From positions 12,217 to 76,216 of IMG/VR virus record IMGVR_UViG_3300025875_000011: a stretch of DNA of 64,000 nt. One strand, written 5' to 3'. How positions within the stretch are numbered: position 1 is the first letter of the stretch; each line of letters starts with the position of its first letter. The position numbers and the translations under genes were made by a program. Below, piece by piece: positions 50,493 to 59,663 of this stretch. The notes below the pieces were generated by a model. That model was not told where the DNA came from. It did no database searches and saw nothing but the letters and a program-made list of their open reading frames with translations. This DNA is from a virus. Lineage: Duplodnaviria; Caudoviricetes.

Positions 50493-51795
50493 GGGCCTCC
50501 ACGGCCGCCGTCAGCGCGTCGACCTTGGCCTCGATCCGGTTCGACTTGTCGCCGAGCTGGTGGATCGCGGTCTTCGGGGCCACGTTCTCGTTGTCGGGGT
50601 TCGCGGTCAGCGCGCCCCCGTTCGGGACGTAGTCCTCGTCGAGGACGGCCTGGGCGATCTTGTGGAGCAGGTCGTCGTCGGCCTTCATCGCCGTGATCAG
50701 CGCGGGCACGACGGCCTTGACGACTTCGGATGTGGTGGTCATGGCGAACTGGTCCTCCTGGACTTCGGGTGGGTCGATCAGGGTGTAGCCGTTGCCCTCG
50801 ACGAGGGCGTATCCGGCGTAGGTGAGCCCCCAGTGGACGCGGGGCATGGTGATGTCGCATTCCCCGATCCGGCCGTAGCGCGGACCGGAGTCGGTCATGT
50901 CGGTGGACACGATCCGACGCCCGCCCAGGCCGACAGCGGCGTGGCCGTGGTCAGACGACCCGCCCGTCCAGTAGTGGTAGACCCCGGGCGGGATCTGGTC
51001 GTACTTCACGTCGGCGGCCTTCACGACCCGACCGTTGGCGACGGCCTTCTTCCAGCCGTCCTCCGCGTCCGCGGCCGCGTCACCGTCGTAGTCGCCGACC
51101 GATCCGGTCTGGCCGCACTCGTTGGTGAACTTCTGGCACCACGCGATCCCGTACGAGTCACCGACCCGGCCGCGCGCGTACGCGGCCAGAGCCTTTCCGT
51201 GGCGGGGGGCGAGCTTCACAGGGACCTCCTCGGTTGTGGGGAGCAGGTCGTCCCCGATCTTGAGCCAGGCGTCGTACCAGGCCCGTCGTGCGCTGATCCC
51301 GTTCGGGGTGGCGCTTGAGGTCGGGTTCCCGAGGTTCACGGCCCGCTGGGTGGCGAGGAAGTCGCCGCGGTTCCCGTACGCCCAGATCCCGTTCTTGCGC
51401 CAGAACCAGACCCCGCCGAGCCAGGCCCACCGGATCTCGGCCAGCTTCTTCGGGGAGTCGACGAACGTGTCCGGGTCCGACAGCAGGCCCCGCTCGGAGC
51501 ACCACTTCCCGAACGCGGCGTAGTTGTCCTTCCACGTCACCATCTCGAACGTCCGCCCGATGAACGGTGCGTAGCGGCCGTTCTTCGCGTACTCCTCGGT
51601 GACGCGGAACGACGCGGACTCCTGGGCCATCGTGGCCAGGAACGCAGCCGCTCCCTTCACCGTCAGGCCCTCCGGGGCCGTCGACAGGGCCGCGTCCGCT
51701 CCCGACGCGAGCACCGCCAGACTCGTCACCTGGCGGCCGTACGCGCCGGGGATGGCCCGTAGGACCTGCTCGACGTGCTTCGCGGTCAGTGCCAT
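50443..51795 (-). CDS. Endolysin: GH19-like glycosidase + CHAP-like amidase domain
   Basis: ATMAQESASF...EY...PFIGR.F.MVTW..NY...AWLGGVWFW; WCQKF...PPG..HYW.GG...GHAAV. Confidence 0.9.
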   Translation of the reverse strand: MALTAKHVEQVLRAIPGAYGRQVTSLAVLASGADAALSTAPEGLTVKGAAAFLATMAQESASFRVTEEYAKNGRYAPFIGRTFEMVTWKDNYAAFGKWCSERGLLSDPDTFVDSPKKLAEIRWAWLGGVWFWRKNGIWAYGNRGDFLATQRAVNLGNPTSSATPNGISARRAWYDAWLKIGDDLLPTTEEVPVKLAPRHGKALAAYARGRVGDSYGIAWCQKFTNECGQTGSVGDYDGDAAADAEDGWKKAVANGRVVKAADVKYDQIPPGVYHYWTGGSSDHGHAAVGLGGRRIVSTDMTDSGPRYGRIGECDITMPRVHWGLTYAGYALVEGNGYTLIDPPEVQEDQFAMTTTSEVVKAVVPALITAMKADDDLLHKIAQAVLDEDYVPNGGALTANPDNENVAPKTAIHQLGDKSNRIEAKVDALTAAVEALGAAPFPDPAPPAPGA

Positions 51796-51796
51796 G

Positions 51797-52234
51797 TCAG
51801 CCCTCCATCGTCTCGTTGTGGTCGTCCTCGTTGTGCTCGCGCAGCGACTCGATCGCCTCGTTGACCCGGCTGTCCCCGACCGCTGGTCCAGCGGCCTTGC
51901 GGAGCGCGGAGATCGCTTCGACGAGCGCGGCCGTGATCTCGCGGCACCGCTTCATCTGCCGGTTCCATCGGTCCTCCCACTGGGTGCGGATCCGGTCCAC
52001 GTCGGCCCGGGCCGTGTCGAGGAGGGTCTGGAGGCGGACGATCTCGGCGTCCTTGCGGGTGATCTCGTCCTTGCGTGCGTCGGCCACCGTCTGGAGTTGG
52101 TCGAACGTCTGCTGGTTCTCGAGGCGCTGGTTGTCCTCGCGCTTCCCGCGACGGGCCAGCCACACCCCCAGGAGCGTGCCGAAGATCCCCAGGGCCGTCA
52201 GCAGCGAACTGACCCAAGGGGAGACGTCCTCCAC
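51797..52234 (-). CDS. Membrane-anchored coiled-coil lysis-cassette protein
   Basis: TM SSLLTALGIFGTLLGVWL, then heptad repeats. Confidence 0.75.
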   Translation of the reverse strand: MEDVSPWVSSLLTALGIFGTLLGVWLARRGKREDNQRLENQQTFDQLQTVADARKDEITRKDAEIVRLQTLLDTARADVDRIRTQWEDRWNRQMKRCREITAALVEAISALRKAAGPAVGDSRVNEAIESLREHNEDDHNETMEG

Positions 52235-52237
52235 GCG

Positions 52238-52777
52238 TCACGCCCTCTTGCGGCGGCGGCTGATGGACTCCTCCAGCGGGACGCGCATCGGTTGGGCGGT
52301 GACCGCGAAGTCCTTCACCGTGACCGCGATCATCACCAGCATTAGGAACGGCGACGGTGGGGACGGGGCCACCGCGACGAGACGCGGTGGGTACGTCACC
52401 TGACGCGACACGAACAGGGCCCACGCCTCAGGCCAGGTGACGGTCTCGATCCAGCTGGCCCACACACTGACGAGCCCGATGGTCAGGCCGGCAGCGAGGA
52501 CGAGAGTGATCGACGCCGACAGCACCATCCCGACTCGGGCCAGGTCACCGTTCCGCGCGATCCACGACGCCGTACACACGATCCCGCAGAGCAGCATGAT
52601 GATCCCCCAGGCGGTCAGCGGCAGCAGGTTGAAGATCGGGACGAACAGGGCTGCGGAGAACAGCCACGGCGTCGCGATCAGGAACAGGCCGAGCACGGTG
52701 TGTCGGAACCCAGACGCCGCGAGATACACCCGGGCGCGGTTGGTCATCGCTTCTGGCGAGCGGTCGACGATGGTCAA
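52238..52777 (-). CDS. Multi-pass membrane protein (lysis cassette)
   Basis: Four hydrophobic segments; GGAGG RBS before TTG. Confidence 0.75.
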   Translation of the reverse strand: MTIVDRSPEAMTNRARVYLAASGFRHTVLGLFLIATPWLFSAALFVPIFNLLPLTAWGIIMLLCGIVCTASWIARNGDLARVGMVLSASITLVLAAGLTIGLVSVWASWIETVTWPEAWALFVSRQVTYPPRLVAVAPSPPSPFLMLVMIAVTVKDFAVTAQPMRVPLEESISRRRKRA

Positions 52778-52799
52778 TGGGTCCTCCGTTGGTCGGCAG

Positions 52800-55097
52800 T
52801 CAGAACCGCAGGGTGACGCCGTCAGCGGCCCGGGGCGTGAGGGCTGTGACTGGCCGCGCTTCGGTCCCGCTGGCGGTCCTCGCGGTGAGCGAGGGATTGG
52901 GACGTGTGGTCCGGCCCTGGTTGGGCCGGGCTGTGATCTGGCGGTAGAGCGCGACGATCGAGAAGTGGACGGTTCGGGTGGTCGTGACGAACGCGGCGCT
53001 CGCCCAGCTCGCGGCGCGGACCGTGCTCACCGGCTGGACGTCGACCACAGCCCAGACGGCCGTCCGGTTCGCGGTGACCCGGACCCGGACTGTCCACCAG
53101 GCCGGCCGGGTGGTCGCGGCGGCGGCGGCCACGGCCCACAGCGTGGAGCGTGAAGCGATACGCGTTACGCGGATCGCATAACTCGTGGCCCACGACGAGG
53201 AGACCCCCGTCAGGACCGCCCACGCGGACGTGCGCGACGAGGAGGTCTCAGCGCAAGTCGTCCACAGGGTCGGGCGTCCCGTCGTCGCAGCGGCTCGCAC
53301 AGCCCACGACGTGGCCCGTGTGACCGCGACCGTCAGGTTGGTCCCCGCGACGGCCCACGTCGTCGTCCTGGTGGCCGCTACGGACGATGACACCGACCAC
53401 AAGGCCGCGCGCGCGGCGCTGGCCCGGGCCGACACCGTCCAGGACGCCGGCCGCAGGGCCGTGCTCGTCGAGGTGACCGTCCACGACGTCGCCCGCGCGG
53501 TGCTCGCGGGGGTGGTGACGGTCCAGGTCGCGGCCCGGACGGTCGAGGCCGGGGTGGTGACCGTCCACGACAGCGGCCGCAGCACGGTGGTGCGGGCCGA
53601 GCTCGCCCAGGTGGTAACGCGGGCCGTCGACACCTGGCCGGTGGAGTCCGCCGACCACGTCGTGGCCCTGGTCGTCGTCGTCGCGGCCGACACCGACCAC
53701 GACGCGACCCGGGCCGCGGCGGTCTGAGCAACGGTGGCCCAGGTGGTCGCTCGGACGGCGACGGCGGGGGAGAGGACCGTCCACGTCGACACCTTCGCGG
53801 TGGTCGTGGAGGCCAGCACGGTCCAGGTGGCGGTCTTGGTGGTCGTGGTGCGGGTCTGCGTCGTCCAGGTGCTCGGCCGGGTCGCGGAGGCCGGGGAGCG
53901 GGTCGTCCAGGAGGTGGAGCGGGTCGCGGTGGCTCCCGCGCTCACCGCCCAGCTGGTCGGGCGGACGGCCGCGCTCGAGGCCGTCGTCGTCCACGTCGTC
54001 GACCGGAGCACCGCGATGGTGGCCGCGGCCTTCCACTGGGTCGCTCGGGTCACGGCCACCGACGAGGTCACACCCCACGACGCCGACCGGACAGCGACCG
54101 TCCGGCCCGCGACGGCCCACGACGTCGACTGGGACACGCTGGCCCGCGCGAGGACCGCCCAGGAGGTGGACCGCGACGTCGCGGCGGCAACGGCCACGCT
54201 CCAGGACACCGAGCGGGTCGAGGTGACCTGCGCGGGCTGGCTCCCGGCCAGGACACCACCCGACCAGTCGTCGAGGACCGTCACGCCCGAGACGGTGGTC
54301 CCGTACGCCATCCCGACGTAGTTCTGACCGCCGATGGGGTTCGCGGGGGTGGCCGACAGCACGGGGACGCCGTTGATGAACCCGGTCAGGGTCGTACCGT
54401 CCCACTCGACCCGGACCACGTCCCCGGCCGTCAGGCTCGGACCTCCCGTGGCCAACCCGGTGTGTCCGCCGCCGCCGAGGTTCTTCTGGACGAGTTCGGT
54501 CCCGGCCCCAGCGGTCGTCTGCCGGAACACGTACCAGGTCGGCGTGTTGTTGCTCGTCCCGGTGGGAAACGCGGACAGCGCCGCGGCCACACCCACGAAC
54601 GACCCGCCCCGGTAGGTGGCCTGGCTGAACTGAGTCCCCGAGCCCAGGTCGGTCGTCCAGCGGGCCGCGTTCGACGAGGCCCCGGTGATGACCGCGTTCC
54701 CGCCGACCGCCAGCGGAGCACCGCTGGTCGTGGCCCAGTTCGCGCCGAGTACCCCGTTGGCCCGGTTGAAGTCGTCGGAGTACCACGCTCCGAGGACCGG
54801 CCCCAGCACAGCCCACGATGTCGACCGGGTGACAGCGGCCGTCGTCGTCACGTCCCACGAGGCGACCCACGCCGAGCTCGTCGCCGTCGACACGTCCCAG
54901 GAGATGTCCCGCGTCGAGATGGTCTTGGCCCGGACCGCCCAGGCCGTCGACCGGGCCGCGGTCGTCGCGGTCAGGCCCGTCCACGTCGTGGTCTTGGCCG
55001 CAGCGACGGGAGCAGTCACCGTCCAGGAGGTCGACCGGCTGGCGGTGACCGACTGCGCGTCGGCGTAGCCACCGGAGTACCCGGAGGCGTAGGCCAC
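52800..55097 (-). CDS. Minor tail/fibre protein with tandem ~11-aa TRxTxWxV repeats and a lectin(LamG)-like insert
   Basis: Dozens of (A/S)TRxT(S/T)W repeats; insert SDDFNRANG...VVRVEWDGTTLTGFING. Confidence 0.72.
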   Translation of the reverse strand: MAYASGYSGGYADAQSVTASRSTSWTVTAPVAAAKTTTWTGLTATTAARSTAWAVRAKTISTRDISWDVSTATSSAWVASWDVTTTAAVTRSTSWAVLGPVLGAWYSDDFNRANGVLGANWATTSGAPLAVGGNAVITGASSNAARWTTDLGSGTQFSQATYRGGSFVGVAAALSAFPTGTSNNTPTWYVFRQTTAGAGTELVQKNLGGGGHTGLATGGPSLTAGDVVRVEWDGTTLTGFINGVPVLSATPANPIGGQNYVGMAYGTTVSGVTVLDDWSGGVLAGSQPAQVTSTRSVSWSVAVAAATSRSTSWAVLARASVSQSTSWAVAGRTVAVRSASWGVTSSVAVTRATQWKAAATIAVLRSTTWTTTASSAAVRPTSWAVSAGATATRSTSWTTRSPASATRPSTWTTQTRTTTTKTATWTVLASTTTAKVSTWTVLSPAVAVRATTWATVAQTAAARVASWSVSAATTTTRATTWSADSTGQVSTARVTTWASSARTTVLRPLSWTVTTPASTVRAATWTVTTPASTARATSWTVTSTSTALRPASWTVSARASAARAALWSVSSSVAATRTTTWAVAGTNLTVAVTRATSWAVRAAATTGRPTLWTTCAETSSSRTSAWAVLTGVSSSWATSYAIRVTRIASRSTLWAVAAAAATTRPAWWTVRVRVTANRTAVWAVVDVQPVSTVRAASWASAAFVTTTRTVHFSIVALYRQITARPNQGRTTRPNPSLTARTASGTEARPVTALTPRAADGVTLRF

Positions 55098-55098
55098 G

Positions 55099-55788
55099 TC
55101 AGGCCGCCCGGAGTTCCATCACGGGGACGTCGGTCGACCCGGAGATCGCAAAGGACTGACCGGCCACCGGGAGCGCCGTGACACCCGAGACGCGGTACCC
55201 GCGTGCGGTCTGGCCGATGCCGAAGGAGTCGGGGTGGGGCAGCTGGTACCCGTTGTTACCGATCATCTGCATCGTCGGGATCGTGGTCGGGGCCGTGCTC
55301 GCGTTGTACTGGAACGCGGCCCAGTAGATGCCCGGGTCGAGGGTCCGAGGGCCCAGCGGGATCGACCTCTTCCCGGCCGCGCCGCCCGCTGAGGTCAGGT
55401 TGACCGAACCAGACGCGAGCAGAGCGGTCGACGACAACACCAGGTAGCCGTTCGTCTCCGCGTACAGACCCAGGCTGCACGTCACCGCCCCGCCGACCTG
55501 GAGGACCGCCAGCTGGAAGCCGAGGGCCTGGAACGACTGGCGGACGTGGACGGTGAGCGGAGCGAACGAAACCGTCCCCGAGACAGGCGCTGCCGCGCTG
55601 GCCCCCCAGCTGAACAGGTTCCCGCCCCACCACCCCGAAGGGACAGCGTGGCCGGCGATGAACCGGAGCGCCGTCAGGTCGTTGACGGCCCCGTGCAGCG
55701 TCAGGTGGTCGTCGAGGTGGTCTTCGGGTGTGGTGGCCGTCGTCCGGTCGGTGGGGAGGGTGGTCTGTTGACCGGGTGTGTAGACCAC
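55099..55788 (-). CDS. Tail fibre/spike-associated protein
   Basis: N-terminal HLDDHLTLHGAVN motif; beta-rich C-terminus. Confidence 0.65.
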   Translation of the reverse strand: MVYTPGQQTTLPTDRTTATTPEDHLDDHLTLHGAVNDLTALRFIAGHAVPSGWWGGNLFSWGASAAAPVSGTVSFAPLTVHVRQSFQALGFQLAVLQVGGAVTCSLGLYAETNGYLVLSSTALLASGSVNLTSAGGAAGKRSIPLGPRTLDPGIYWAAFQYNASTAPTTIPTMQMIGNNGYQLPHPDSFGIGQTARGYRVSGVTALPVAGQSFAISGSTDVPVMELRAA

Positions 55789-55796
55789 GGGTCCTC

Positions 55797-56912
55797 CTAG
55801 GCGGCGAGTTGGTACTGGGCGACGAAGGCCTGGAGGGCCCCGACCGACGCCGGCTGGGTGAGGACGTCGGAGTACGTCGTGGCCGTCGACTCAGGGTTCG
55901 GCCCGTAGTTGTACCAGAGCGCGAACAGCGGAGGCATGGTCGACTTGAGCCACTGGTTGCCGAGGTAGTTGATGAAGGTGTCGGCCAGGACCTGGTTGTT
56001 GGCGTCGGCCACGACTGCGTTCGAGTAGGTCCCCCACTCCGGGACGCACCAGCCGACGAGGCCCCGGTTGCGGACCCACTGCTGGGCGTTCTGCATCCGG
56101 TTGGCCTGGAGCGTCGGGTAGGGCAGGACGTAGTTCCCCTGCGCGTCCTTCCCCGGCTGGATCCCGTCGAAGTCGAGCCCGATCACGTCGTGGGGGATCG
56201 ACCCGTAGCGGGCGGTGAAGGTCCCGTTCGACCAGGCGGTGTTGGAGTCGGAGAAGCCGTACGCCTGGTAGGTGGCGACGACGTTCAGGTCCGAGTTCGC
56301 GTTCTTGATCACCTGGTAGGCGTGGGCCTTCAACTGCTGGCCGTTCGACAGGGTCAGCCACCCGCCGTTGACCTTGGTGTCCAACTCGTGGAGGACTTCC
56401 ACGAACCAGTACGCCGGGTCCAGGTTCGCCACGGTCGCGCTGATCTGGGCGTCGTACTGGCCGCTGATCACGGCCTGGGCCATCTGGTTGTTCGACGCGA
56501 TCCGGGCGTCGATCTGGGCCTGGGTCGGGGACCCGCCGAGGACCGCGATCCCGAACGACCAGGAGATGTGGTTCCCGCTGGCCCCCGCCAGCTTCGACGG
56601 CGGGGTGGTGGTCGGGACCCCGTTGAAGCGCCGGACCATCGCCTTCTGGCCGAACTGCGCGACGATGTCGGCCTCAGAGCCCGTCGTCGACGCGGTCCCC
56701 GGCTTGTACTGAGGGACGCACGCCCCGAACCGGGTCCCCGTGACCTTCGGGCCCCCGGTCGCGTCCGACTGGACGAGAGGGACGTACCCGGCCGCCGTCT
56801 TTCGGACCAGGACCACGTCGACCGCGCCGGTGTTCGACTTGAGGTCGTAGAAGTTCCCGGCCCCAGCAGTCGAGGACACCCGGAAGATGTCAGCCGTCGC
56901 CCCCGTAGGCAT
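55797..56912 (-). CDS. Tail-associated glycoside hydrolase (GH26/GH-A clan-like TIM barrel)
   Basis: EVLHE (acid/base), DVIGLDFD, VPEWG (nucleophile), FALWYN. Confidence 0.68.
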   Translation of the reverse strand: MPTGATADIFRVSSTAGAGNFYDLKSNTGAVDVVLVRKTAAGYVPLVQSDATGGPKVTGTRFGACVPQYKPGTASTTGSEADIVAQFGQKAMVRRFNGVPTTTPPSKLAGASGNHISWSFGIAVLGGSPTQAQIDARIASNNQMAQAVISGQYDAQISATVANLDPAYWFVEVLHELDTKVNGGWLTLSNGQQLKAHAYQVIKNANSDLNVVATYQAYGFSDSNTAWSNGTFTARYGSIPHDVIGLDFDGIQPGKDAQGNYVLPYPTLQANRMQNAQQWVRNRGLVGWCVPEWGTYSNAVVADANNQVLADTFINYLGNQWLKSTMPPLFALWYNYGPNPESTATTYSDVLTQPASVGALQAFVAQYQLAA

Positions 56913-58252
56913 TAGGCCGTCGCGGGGATCGCGATGGTGGCCGCGAAGACAGCAGCAGCCGCGTTGAGCGTCCACCCGGTCGGGGTGATCGTCCCCGCCG
57001 CCTGGACGGTTGGGAACTGGGCCGTGGCCAGGGCCGTCTCACCACCGGTCGACGTTCCGTTCGACGTGGGGGAGCCGACCATCGTCTCCCCGCTCGGCTG
57101 CGTCGACCCGGTGAACGTGGCACCGGTGACGCGCTTGGCGATGAAGGTGAAGATCAGCGCCCGCTTCGTCGTCGTGATCGGCGGCGGGGTCGCGGTCGCA
57201 CTGCTGGCCGTGACCACGATGCTCCCCGTGGGGACCCCCGCGTTGGCGATGACGAGAGCCGCGCCGGTCGGCTTCTGAGGACCGGCGAAGGTGATCGACA
57301 CCGACCCGGCCGTGATGTCGGCCGCGGTCAGCACCTTGTAGGTGACCTCGAACCGGTTCGTCGAGTTCAGCGTGTTCGAGGCCACGCCCGTCGTCCCGGG
57401 CGGGCTGTAGGTGTACGGGTCGTTGATGGTCGTCCCGTCGGCCTTCAAGCCGGGGGAGTGCATGTGGGGGACGACGATCAGGTGACCGGCCGCGCTACCC
57501 GTGGGGAGCGCCATCGTCAGCGTGGCCGAGGTCCCGCTCACCGGCGCGTACCCGACGAACGCCGGGTCAGCGACACCGGTCGTCCCGGCCGTCACCTCGA
57601 GCGCCACGATGCTCCCGACCGGGAGGCCGGCCGGGATCGGGTCGCCGGCCTTCACGTACGCGGCGATCGCGTTGATGGAGTCGGCCTTGTTCGCCAGCGC
57701 GGTCTCGATCGCGTTGAGCCGCGTCACCAGGCCCGCGATGTCGGCCTGGGTCAGCGACCCGTCCGGGATGGACACCGCGCCGCCGTTGGGGACGACGAGG
57801 CCGTCCTTCAAGGTCAAGACCCCGGCCTTCGACTGGTTCCCGGTCAGCTGCACGGCACCGGACCCGCCCGGGTCCGTCCCCGACCACGGGTCCCACTCGT
57901 CGAGGCCGAGGACCATCCCCCCGCCACCAGCCGTGGACCCGTCCGTCCCCGGCTGGGTCACCCCCCGCCAGACGACCGGACGGCCGGTCGCGGGACGGGC
58001 CGGGTAGGCCCCGGTCCCCTGGGTCGCGGCCGACACGATCAGCGGGGTGTCGGTGAGTTCGGACGGCTTGTAGAGCCCCGAGTTCCCGTCGAACACCGGG
58101 ACCTGACCCTGGACCGGAGCCGCGTCCACGTCGTAGCGGTTGGCGAACTTGTGGAGCGCGTCGTGGTGCTGCTGGTGGGCCTTGACGGTCGGGTCGGTGC
58201 CCGAGTCGGAGTAGGTGGTGTCGACGTTCAGCGGAAGGTTCGGACCAGCCAT
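56912..58252 (-). CDS. Minor tail protein / fibre
   Basis: HQQHHDALHKFAN motif; short coiled coil; Gly/Thr-rich beta C-terminus. Confidence 0.7.
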   Translation of the reverse strand: MAGPNLPLNVDTTYSDSGTDPTVKAHQQHHDALHKFANRYDVDAAPVQGQVPVFDGNSGLYKPSELTDTPLIVSAATQGTGAYPARPATGRPVVWRGVTQPGTDGSTAGGGGMVLGLDEWDPWSGTDPGGSGAVQLTGNQSKAGVLTLKDGLVVPNGGAVSIPDGSLTQADIAGLVTRLNAIETALANKADSINAIAAYVKAGDPIPAGLPVGSIVALEVTAGTTGVADPAFVGYAPVSGTSATLTMALPTGSAAGHLIVVPHMHSPGLKADGTTINDPYTYSPPGTTGVASNTLNSTNRFEVTYKVLTAADITAGSVSITFAGPQKPTGAALVIANAGVPTGSIVVTASSATATPPPITTTKRALIFTFIAKRVTGATFTGSTQPSGETMVGSPTSNGTSTGGETALATAQFPTVQAAGTITPTGWTLNAAAAVFAATIAIPATA

Positions 58253-58283
58253 CACCAACCTCCTAAGGAGCCGTCAAGGCCGG

Positions 58284-58832
58284 TCACAGCGAGCCCGTGT
58301 CCCCGGTGATCGCCACGGTGCCGCCGTCGTTCGACAGCGCGGCCGTGTTCGCGGCGGTGCGGCGGACCCACAGGCCCTTCACCTGACCGGTCGGGATCGT
58401 CCCCAGCGCCACCCCGGCCGCAGCGGTGGTCGGGGCCGTGTACGACAGGGCCGTCTGGGGTCCGGCGAGCTCCGACGTACCAGCGACCATCTGGGCCGCG
58501 GCCGACCCGATCGCTGAGGCCGCGGTGGGGTCCGCGGCCAGCGACAGCGACGCACCGCCCGCGGTCTCGGCCGACAGGTAGGCCACCGCGTTCACGAGGG
58601 CGTTCGCGCCGTTGGAGTTGTGGACCCCCACGCAGCGGTAGTCCACCGTGGACGCCGCGTTCTCCGCGCCGGTGATGTCGTCGAACAGGTCGTTCGGCGC
58701 ACCTCCGGGCCACGGCGTGGTGGAGACGTACTTCCCCAGCGACCCGGCCGGGGTCGACGTGGTCGAGTTCCCCGCCGCACCGGCCAGGGTCGTGTACTTG
58801 ACGAGGATCTCGCCAGAGGTGATCGCGGCCAT
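58284..58832 (-). CDS. Virion structural protein (tail region)
   Basis: GSLGKYVSTT...NDLFDDITGAEN...DYRC..VHN...KGLWVRRT. Confidence 0.72.
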   Translation of the reverse strand: MAAITSGEILVKYTTLAGAAGNSTTSTPAGSLGKYVSTTPWPGGAPNDLFDDITGAENAASTVDYRCVGVHNSNGANALVNAVAYLSAETAGGASLSLAADPTAASAIGSAAAQMVAGTSELAGPQTALSYTAPTTAAAGVALGTIPTGQVKGLWVRRTAANTAALSNDGGTVAITGDTGSL

Positions 58833-58834
58833 GC

Positions 58835-59134
58835 TCAGATCTCCCAGTCGTCAGGGTTGGCCGGCTGGACGGCGTTCTCGTCGACCAGGCCGTGCTCGCG
58901 GTAGAAGTCCGCCAGCGGCGGGGTGACCTCGGTCTCCACGGCCGGGTCGACGGCCGTCTCGTGCTCGCGGAGGTGCTGCTTCCCGCGCGCGGCGGCGAGG
59001 TCGTGGGTGGGCCAGTTCGTGGACACCCACGGGAAGTGGCCCTCCTCGGTGTCGTTCCCGCAGCCGCTGGGGTGGGGGCACGTGAACGTGTGCGTCTTGT
59101 CCCGCGCCTGGGTGACCAACTTCTTCTTCGCCAT
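58835..59134 (-). CDS. Hypothetical protein
   Basis: FTCPHPSGCG...AARGKQH. Confidence 0.68.
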   Translation of the reverse strand: MAKKKLVTQARDKTHTFTCPHPSGCGNDTEEGHFPWVSTNWPTHDLAAARGKQHLREHETAVDPAVETEVTPPLADFYREHGLVDENAVQPANPDDWEI

Positions 59135-59136
59135 GC

Positions 59137-59337
59137 TCAGTCCTCTCGGTGATCTGGGTCGCCCCAAGCGTCGGACTTGGGTGCGGTCGGGGTGGTCGCA
59201 GCGGCGGCCTTCTCCAGCTGCGCGGCGTAGGCCGTCAGCTGGGCGACCTCCTCGACGAGGTCGCCGACGATCCGCTGGTAGCGGGCCGCTACGCGCCGCG
59301 CGACAGCGTCGCTGTCGAGCGGGATCTGGTCGCTCAT
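59137..59337 (-). CDS. Small coiled-coil protein
   Basis: VARRVAARYQRIVGDLVEEVAQLTAYAAQLE. Confidence 0.68.
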   Translation of the reverse strand: MSDQIPLDSDAVARRVAARYQRIVGDLVEEVAQLTAYAAQLEKAAAATTPTAPKSDAWGDPDHRED

Positions 59338-59663
59338 GTGGTCCTTCCGTTGGCGATGAGGCGGTCGCGTGACCCGCCCGCGTAGCAGAACTGGAGGAAG
59401 CGGGCCCCGTCGCCGTCCGGGTCGAGGTCGGTGGCCAGCAGCGCCGACTCCACCGACCGCGAGGGGAGCGCGGCCCCGTCGTCGGAGCAGTGGAGCGGGG
59501 ACGTGGTGTCGTTGACGAGCCCGTCGAGGACCACCTCGCGGCACCCGCCGACGTAGCAGAAGATCAACTCCTCCACCTCGCCGTCGACGAGGTGGGAGAC
59601 GACGAGGCCGTAGATGACCCCGAACCCGGGAAGGTCGATCCCGCACCGGCTACAGACGGTCAC
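59334..59663 (-). CDS. Hypothetical Cys-containing protein with an internal repeat
   Basis: CSRCG...FCYVGGCR / FCYAGGSR. Confidence 0.62.
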   Translation of the reverse strand: MTVCSRCGIDLPGFGVIYGLVVSHLVDGEVEELIFCYVGGCREVVLDGLVNDTTSPLHCSDDGAALPSRSVESALLATDLDPDGDGARFLQFCYAGGSRDRLIANGRTT

